From: Bacteroidota bacterium
Lineage (GTDB): Bacteria > Bacteroidota > Ignavibacteria > UBA10030 > UBA6906
Assembly (NCBI GenBank): GCA_035687895.1
Contig: DASRUE010000064.1
Span: 7,281 to 71,280 of the forward strand
Reading direction: 5' to 3'
Length of the DNA: 64,000 bases
In this document: in pieces, positions 59,584 through 64,000 of the stretch
Numbering within the stretch: the stretch's first letter is position 1
How the letters are laid out: each line of letters begins with the position of its first letter
Made by a program: the position numbers and the translations under genes
Notes under the pieces: generated by a model
What the model saw: the letters and a program-made list of their open reading frames with translations, nothing else
Database searches by the model: none
What the model was told of the DNA's origin: nothing

Positions 59584-61053
59584 ATGATCCTCCTGGTCAA
59601 TCCCAAAGCAACCTCGTGGCGATACCGCATCCCGCTTTCAGTGCTCGCAATTGGTGCTTCCCTAGAAGGAAGATATCCGTATGAGATCGTTGATGGCAAT
59701 GTTGACAGGAAAATATTCGAGACACTTCCTCGACTGATCAAGGAAAAGAACATTCGGTACGTTGGGTTTACGGTTATGCCCGGGCCTCAACTGATGCAGG
59801 CAATCAGGCTTTCCAAGATGGTCCGAGAGCAGTTTCCTACCGTGAAGATAATCTGGGGTGGCTATTTCGCGTCTCTACATACCACCGTCATCTTGCACTC
59901 CGATTGTGCGGACTTCGTGATTAGAGATCAGGGTGATTATTCATTTCGGCAGCTTATAGATGCGCTCGAAGATGGTGGCTCGCTCTCCTCAGTCAAGGGT
60001 CTCTCCTTTGACCACGGGACCATTCAGCACAATGAAAAGCAGGAGTTGATCGACCCAAATCAACTTCCCGCTCTTCCCTACCACAAAGTTCATCTTCCAC
60101 CGTACATAGGAAGGACCTATGTTGGAACCAGGACGATCAACTACCATTCAAGCGTCGGCTGTCCGTTTCTCTGCGGTTTCTGTGCGGTTGCGGCAGTGTA
60201 CAAAGCGCGCTGGCTGGGACTGGCCCCTGAGAAGATCGTTGCAGACCTTCTTTGGTTCAAGAGGGAGCATGGAGTGAACGCTGTTGAGTTTCACGATAAC
60301 AACTTCTTCACCTCAGAAAAGCGCACAAGGGAGTTCGCCGAACGCATTAACGGGCATGAGATAAGCTGGTGGGGAGAAGCGCGCCCCGATACGATGCTGA
60401 ACTACAGTGACAGCACGTGGCGTCTTATGAAGCAGGCAGGCTGCAAGATGATTTTCTTTGGGGCCGAGTCAAGTTCTCAAAAGGTTCTTGACCTGATGGA
60501 AAAAGGTGGTACCCAGACACCCGATACCGTGCTCGACCTCGCTGACCGAATGAAGGGATATAGTATTGTCCCGGAGTTTTCTTTTGTTCTTGGTAGTCCA
60601 ACTGAAACTATGGAACAGGATCTTGAAAGGGATATCCAGTATATCAAGAGAATTAAGGAGATAAGCTCTGAAAGCGAAATTATTATCTATGTTTATTCAC
60701 CTGTCCACTTTGAAGAATCGGAGCTCTACCACAGTGCACAGACCCATGGTTTTGCGTATCCTAAGACCCTTGATGAATGGCTCCTTCCAGAGTGGCAACT
60801 ACATGATCTCCGGAAGAACCCCGTCACGCCCTGGCTAACGCCAAAAGTGCTTACGCGTATCAAGGACTTTGAGCGCGTGCTCCATGCCAGGTACCCGACA
60901 AACGCCGATTTAAGACTGCGAAAAGTCCAACGGACAATTCTCAAATCTCTGGGCACGTGGCGATACAAGCTGTCTATTTACTTCGCTCCGTACGAGATCG
61001 CGGTGGCCCAACGCATGTTCCGGTACCGGCAGCCTGAGGTAGAAGGATTCTGA
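59584..61053 (+). CDS. B12-binding-domain radical SAM protein (paralog 3, divergent)
   Basis: Start at MILLVNPKA (the upstream ORF-track extension overlaps the flippase); cobalamin-binding region (VGFTVMPGPQLMQAIRLSKMVREQFPTVKIIWGGYF) and CxxxCxxC (SSVGCPFLCGFCAV). Confidence 0.8.
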   Translation: MILLVNPKATSWRYRIPLSVLAIGASLEGRYPYEIVDGNVDRKIFETLPRLIKEKNIRYVGFTVMPGPQLMQAIRLSKMVREQFPTVKIIWGGYFASLHTTVILHSDCADFVIRDQGDYSFRQLIDALEDGGSLSSVKGLSFDHGTIQHNEKQELIDPNQLPALPYHKVHLPPYIGRTYVGTRTINYHSSVGCPFLCGFCAVAAVYKARWLGLAPEKIVADLLWFKREHGVNAVEFHDNNFFTSEKRTREFAERINGHEISWWGEARPDTMLNYSDSTWRLMKQAGCKMIFFGAESSSQKVLDLMEKGGTQTPDTVLDLADRMKGYSIVPEFSFVLGSPTETMEQDLERDIQYIKRIKEISSESEIIIYVYSPVHFEESELYHSAQTHGFAYPKTLDEWLLPEWQLHDLRKNPVTPWLTPKVLTRIKDFERVLHARYPTNADLRLRKVQRTILKSLGTWRYKLSIYFAPYEIAVAQRMFRYRQPEVEGF

Positions 61054-61077
61054 GTTAATATCTGGCCTTTCCACTAC

Positions 61078-61881
61078 ATGGAATTGAAAGCAAGCACCAT
61101 AGAGTTTCATAATTCGATCGCCAATGAATATGACGCTCTCTTCAGCGCTAGCGGGACCGGCAATTGGATGCGCAGGCGTGTCCAGGAACAACTGCTGGAC
61201 ATTTTCAAGCCGGGTCAACGTATTCTTGAGATCAATTGTGGAACGGGAACAGACGCGATCGTTCTCGGAAAGGCTGGAATCCGTGTCCATGCTACAGATA
61301 TCTCTCCTCGTATGGTACAGATGACCGCCGAGAAGGTAGTTTCAGAAGGTCTCACGACGCTTGTGACTACTGACGTCATGGACGCTGACGACCCGAGCAT
61401 TCTCGCCAGTCCTCTCTTTGATGGAGCATTCTCGAACTTCAACGGATTGAATCACGTCGATGATCTGGAGCGGACCATGCATCGGCTCTCGAATCTGCTG
61501 AAACCAGGCGGGCGCGTGCTCTGTGTTCTCCTGAACCCTTTCTGTCTATGGGAAGTCCTCTATCTCATAACAACACTCCAATTGCCGAAGGCGTGGCGGC
61601 GCGCCTTTCGGCGGGGAGAAGAATTGGTCAAGGAACGTGTGCCAATGAACTTCCGACTCTATTCTCCGCGTCAGTTCAGCCGGATTGTGAATCGGGATTT
61701 TCTGGTGAGGCGTGTCAGTGGCCTCGGCATTTTCCTCCCTCCAGCGGGTTTTCCTCGTTTGTACGTGAGCCACGTTCCGTTACTGCGAAGACTCGATGTT
61801 GTGGAGAGAATTTTGTCGAGCCTTTATCCATTCTTTTTGATTGGCGACCATTTCATGGTTGAGCTGGAGAAACGAAAATGA
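61078..61881 (+). CDS. Class I SAM-dependent methyltransferase (paralog B)
   Basis: 267 aa; motif I LEINCGTGTDAIVLG and LKPGGRVL; collinear with paralog A including the C-terminal AWRRAFRRGEE / SAFRRLRRDGVD block. Confidence 0.75.
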   Translation: MELKASTIEFHNSIANEYDALFSASGTGNWMRRRVQEQLLDIFKPGQRILEINCGTGTDAIVLGKAGIRVHATDISPRMVQMTAEKVVSEGLTTLVTTDVMDADDPSILASPLFDGAFSNFNGLNHVDDLERTMHRLSNLLKPGGRVLCVLLNPFCLWEVLYLITTLQLPKAWRRAFRRGEELVKERVPMNFRLYSPRQFSRIVNRDFLVRRVSGLGIFLPPAGFPRLYVSHVPLLRRLDVVERILSSLYPFFLIGDHFMVELEKRK

Positions 61882-62444
61882 AAATCCTGAAGGAACTCAT
61901 TCGCAGGATCCGCTTCAAGCTCTATGCGTCTGAGTACATGCGAGTAGCATACCTTCATCCTCGATCAGTTGTATTGGTCACAGTACGACACGAAGGGGCA
62001 GAAAATCTCCTCCCTCTCGACTGGCATCTCCCACTTTCTTTTTTTCCAAAACTATACGGAATCAGTCTTGAGTCCAGGAACTACTCGAGTGAATTGATCC
62101 GGAAATCCGGAGCATTCGCGGTCAATTTCATGCCGTATGAGTTCGAGCCGGCAATGCTCGCCGCCGGAAGAACCTCGGGCCGCACTGCAGATAAATTTGC
62201 CCTCACTAGTCTCTCCCGAAAAGAGGGTGAGGCACTTCCCCTGCCGATTCTTGTTGATGCGATGGGTGTCCTTGAATGCAAGGTGGTTCAGACCGTCGAA
62301 ACAGGCGATCACACCTTGTTTGTCGGAAAGGTGGTCCATGAGATGCTTGCCCCGAAGAACCAACAAAGGCAAGTGTATCATGTGACCGATGCCGTCAAGG
62401 GCAAAGTGATTCGAGACGACACCGGCTCAGGAGGCGGCGTATGA
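61878..62444 (+). CDS. Flavin reductase-like FMN-binding protein
   Basis: 188 aa; split-barrel flavin-reductase fold (SVVLVTVRHEGAENLLPLDWH...FAVNFM); 4-nt overlaps on both sides. Confidence 0.7.
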   Translation: MKILKELIRRIRFKLYASEYMRVAYLHPRSVVLVTVRHEGAENLLPLDWHLPLSFFPKLYGISLESRNYSSELIRKSGAFAVNFMPYEFEPAMLAAGRTSGRTADKFALTSLSRKEGEALPLPILVDAMGVLECKVVQTVETGDHTLFVGKVVHEMLAPKNQQRQVYHVTDAVKGKVIRDDTGSGGGV

Positions 62445-63211
62445 GCATCGATACACAAACGGAGGCACTGCTTTCCACTCCAAGCGATGTTCCGCTTCCC
62501 GACCTTCGCGCCCCCCGCTATCCACGCCTGCTGCGGAAAGGTTTTTCGTCGCTCCTCTTTCGTCTTCACGTGAAGCCTCGGATTGAGCGCACGGACAAGG
62601 TAGTGCTCGAAGGGTTGTCGCTTTCCATCCCCCCTACGGTATTCCATCCACGGTTCTACTATACCAGCCGCTTTCTCGCACACTTTGTCAAACAGATGGA
62701 CTTGGCGAATCGGTCCGTGCTCGAGGTGGGCTGCGGCTCGGGTTTCGTCTCACTCGTGGCTGCATCGCGGGGAGGGCTCATCACTGCGGTGGATATCAAT
62801 GAGGCGGCCGTTACAGCAACGAAAGACAACGCAAAGTTGAATGGGTTCCAGATCAGGGTTCTGCACTCAGATCTTTTTGAGCATTTGCAGGGGGAGCGTT
62901 TCGATCATATCGTCATCAATCCACCCTTCTACGACGGAGATCCGTCTCATATCGCTGAACATGCCTGGAAAGCCGGCGAGAAGAATTCACTCATCCATCG
63001 ATTTGCCGCTTCCGCTACACGGTTTCTTGCCCCCGGAGGTTCGATCATTGCAGTCCTCTCCACTGATACTGAGATGTCGCAAGTCCTTCGCATTTTTAAA
63101 GAGAATGGCTTTTCCATGAGTTGTCTCGCCTCGAAGCGGAAGCTCTTCGAGACACTTTTCATCTTTCAGTTTATCCCCATCACCACCGTTGCACCTGAAC
63201 ATGAACGTTAG
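62441..63211 (+). CDS. HemK/PrmC-type (NPPF motif) SAM-dependent methyltransferase
   Basis: 256 aa; motif I VLEVGCGSGFVSL and catalytic IVINPPFY characteristic of N-directed (N5-Gln / N6-Ade type) methyltransferases. Confidence 0.65.
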   Translation: MSIDTQTEALLSTPSDVPLPDLRAPRYPRLLRKGFSSLLFRLHVKPRIERTDKVVLEGLSLSIPPTVFHPRFYYTSRFLAHFVKQMDLANRSVLEVGCGSGFVSLVAASRGGLITAVDINEAAVTATKDNAKLNGFQIRVLHSDLFEHLQGERFDHIVINPPFYDGDPSHIAEHAWKAGEKNSLIHRFAASATRFLAPGGSIIAVLSTDTEMSQVLRIFKENGFSMSCLASKRKLFETLFIFQFIPITTVAPEHER

Positions 63212-64000
63212 CGCGTTCTTGAACACTCTTGGCTCCCGTGCTCGTACGTTACCCATCTGCATCCTTTATGTCACGGAGGGCTGTAATCTCCGCTGCATAA
63301 CCTGCTCCTACCGGAATCCCCTCCCCAACGAACTCGCGCTTCGGGAGATCACCACACTGGCACACCAACTGAAAGGTGTCGGCCTTCGCCATATTGTCTA
63401 CTCCGGCGGTGAGCCGCTCATGCGAAGGGATTTTCCTGAGATATGTGAGACCTTCAGGCGGCTTGGCATAAAGCAAACACTTCTCACCAACGGGCTGCTG
63501 TTGGAGAAGCGCCTGGAAGAAATCGCCGGACACTTCGCAGAGATCATTGTGTCGGTGGATGGGCCGGATGCGAACGTGCATAACGCGATTCGCGGCATAG
63601 ACTCGTTTGACCACATCGTCCGCGGGATACGGGCTGCCATTGCACATCCCCGTCGGTGTCCACTTTCCATCCGGACTGTGGTTCAGAAGAGAAACTTTCG
63701 CACCCTTGGTGACATGATTGCCTTTGCGGAATCGCTCGGCACAACCAGGATTTCGTTTCTCGCAGCAGATGTTCTTTCTGAAAGTTTCGGGAGGGAGACC
63801 CGAGGGCCTGTCGTCCCGGATAACGAAATCATGCTGTCAGTGGATGAAACATATGAACTCCGGCGACTCGTGGAACGATGGACCGTGGAATACCGTGACG
63901 CCTTTTTGAACGGGTTCGTTACGGAACCACCCGAGAAGTTGTTTCACCTCGTTCAGTATTTCGAGGCATTGGCTCTCAAGGCCTCCTACCCTTCGACACT
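63201..64000 (+). CDS. Radical SAM protein (MoaA/PqqE-like core), 3'-truncated by the window end
   Basis: Not in the supplied ORF list because it runs off the window. ATG at 63201 opens a frame with CNLRCITCSY (CxxxCxxC), a GGEP SAM-binding motif (VYSGGEPLMRRD) and a TIM-barrel-like continuation. It overlaps the preceding methyltransferase by 11 nt. Confidence 0.75.
   Translation, partial: MNVSAFLNTLGSRARTLPICILYVTEGCNLRCITCSYRNPLPNELALREITTLAHQLKGVGLRHIVYSGGEPLMRRDFPEICETFRRLGIKQTLLTNGLLLEKRLEEIAGHFAEIIVSVDGPDANVHNAIRGIDSFDHIVRGIRAAIAHPRRCPLSIRTVVQKRNFRTLGDMIAFAESLGTTRISFLAADVLSESFGRETRGPVVPDNEIMLSVDETYELRRLVERWTVEYRDAFLNGFVTEPPEKLFHLVQYFEALALKASYPST

Noticed and set aside
1-64000. CRISPR arrays, integrases, transposases, phage or toxin-antitoxin genes
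   Set aside because: No direct-repeat/spacer periodicity, no inverted terminal repeats and no recombinase-like ORFs were seen anywhere in the window.

Overview
This 64 kb window is a bacterial chromosomal segment, about 52% GC and densely coded on both strands. A two-gene Rieske/cytochrome b complex (petC-petB) and frequent 4-nt start/stop overlaps suggest a Chlorobi/Ignavibacteria-like FCB-group organism; this lineage call is inferred from sequence only. Roughly the first 48 kb is ordinary housekeeping: xseAB, dxs, an OmpR-type two-component system translationally coupled to ribD-ribE, secG, tRNA-Lys(CTT), a YgfZ-like folate protein, a LOG-family protein, a tmRNA that the ORF track misreads as a small ORF, dapF, a DAG-kinase-family lipid kinase, petC-petB, purL, biotin carboxylase plus BCCP, mutS2, cvpA, yqeY, an M28 peptidase, a tryptophanase-family lyase, a TetR-controlled RND-MFP-TolC efflux operon, apt, an enoyl-CoA hydratase, an lrp-amt-glnA nitrogen unit, rpe and a PASTA protein. 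The most unusual feature is a roughly 15 kb block of tightly packed, same-strand genes from about 48.9 kb to the window end, where it is truncated. This block encodes three B12-binding radical SAM enzymes. Two of them sit in repeated radical-SAM plus SAM-methyltransferase cassettes. The block also encodes a fourth, non-B12 radical SAM, a HemK-like methyltransferase, a flavin reductase, a GT9 glycosyltransferase, a polytopic GT-C-like (DUF2029-type) membrane protein, a membrane-anchored metallophosphoesterase, a Wzx-like flippase, and small DUF1330 and zinc-ribbon proteins. I interpret it as a candidate undescribed pathway for a radical-methylated cell-surface glycoconjugate or lipid. No CRISPR array, integrase or transposase was seen. 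All family assignments rest on motifs read from the translations and need homology searches to confirm.
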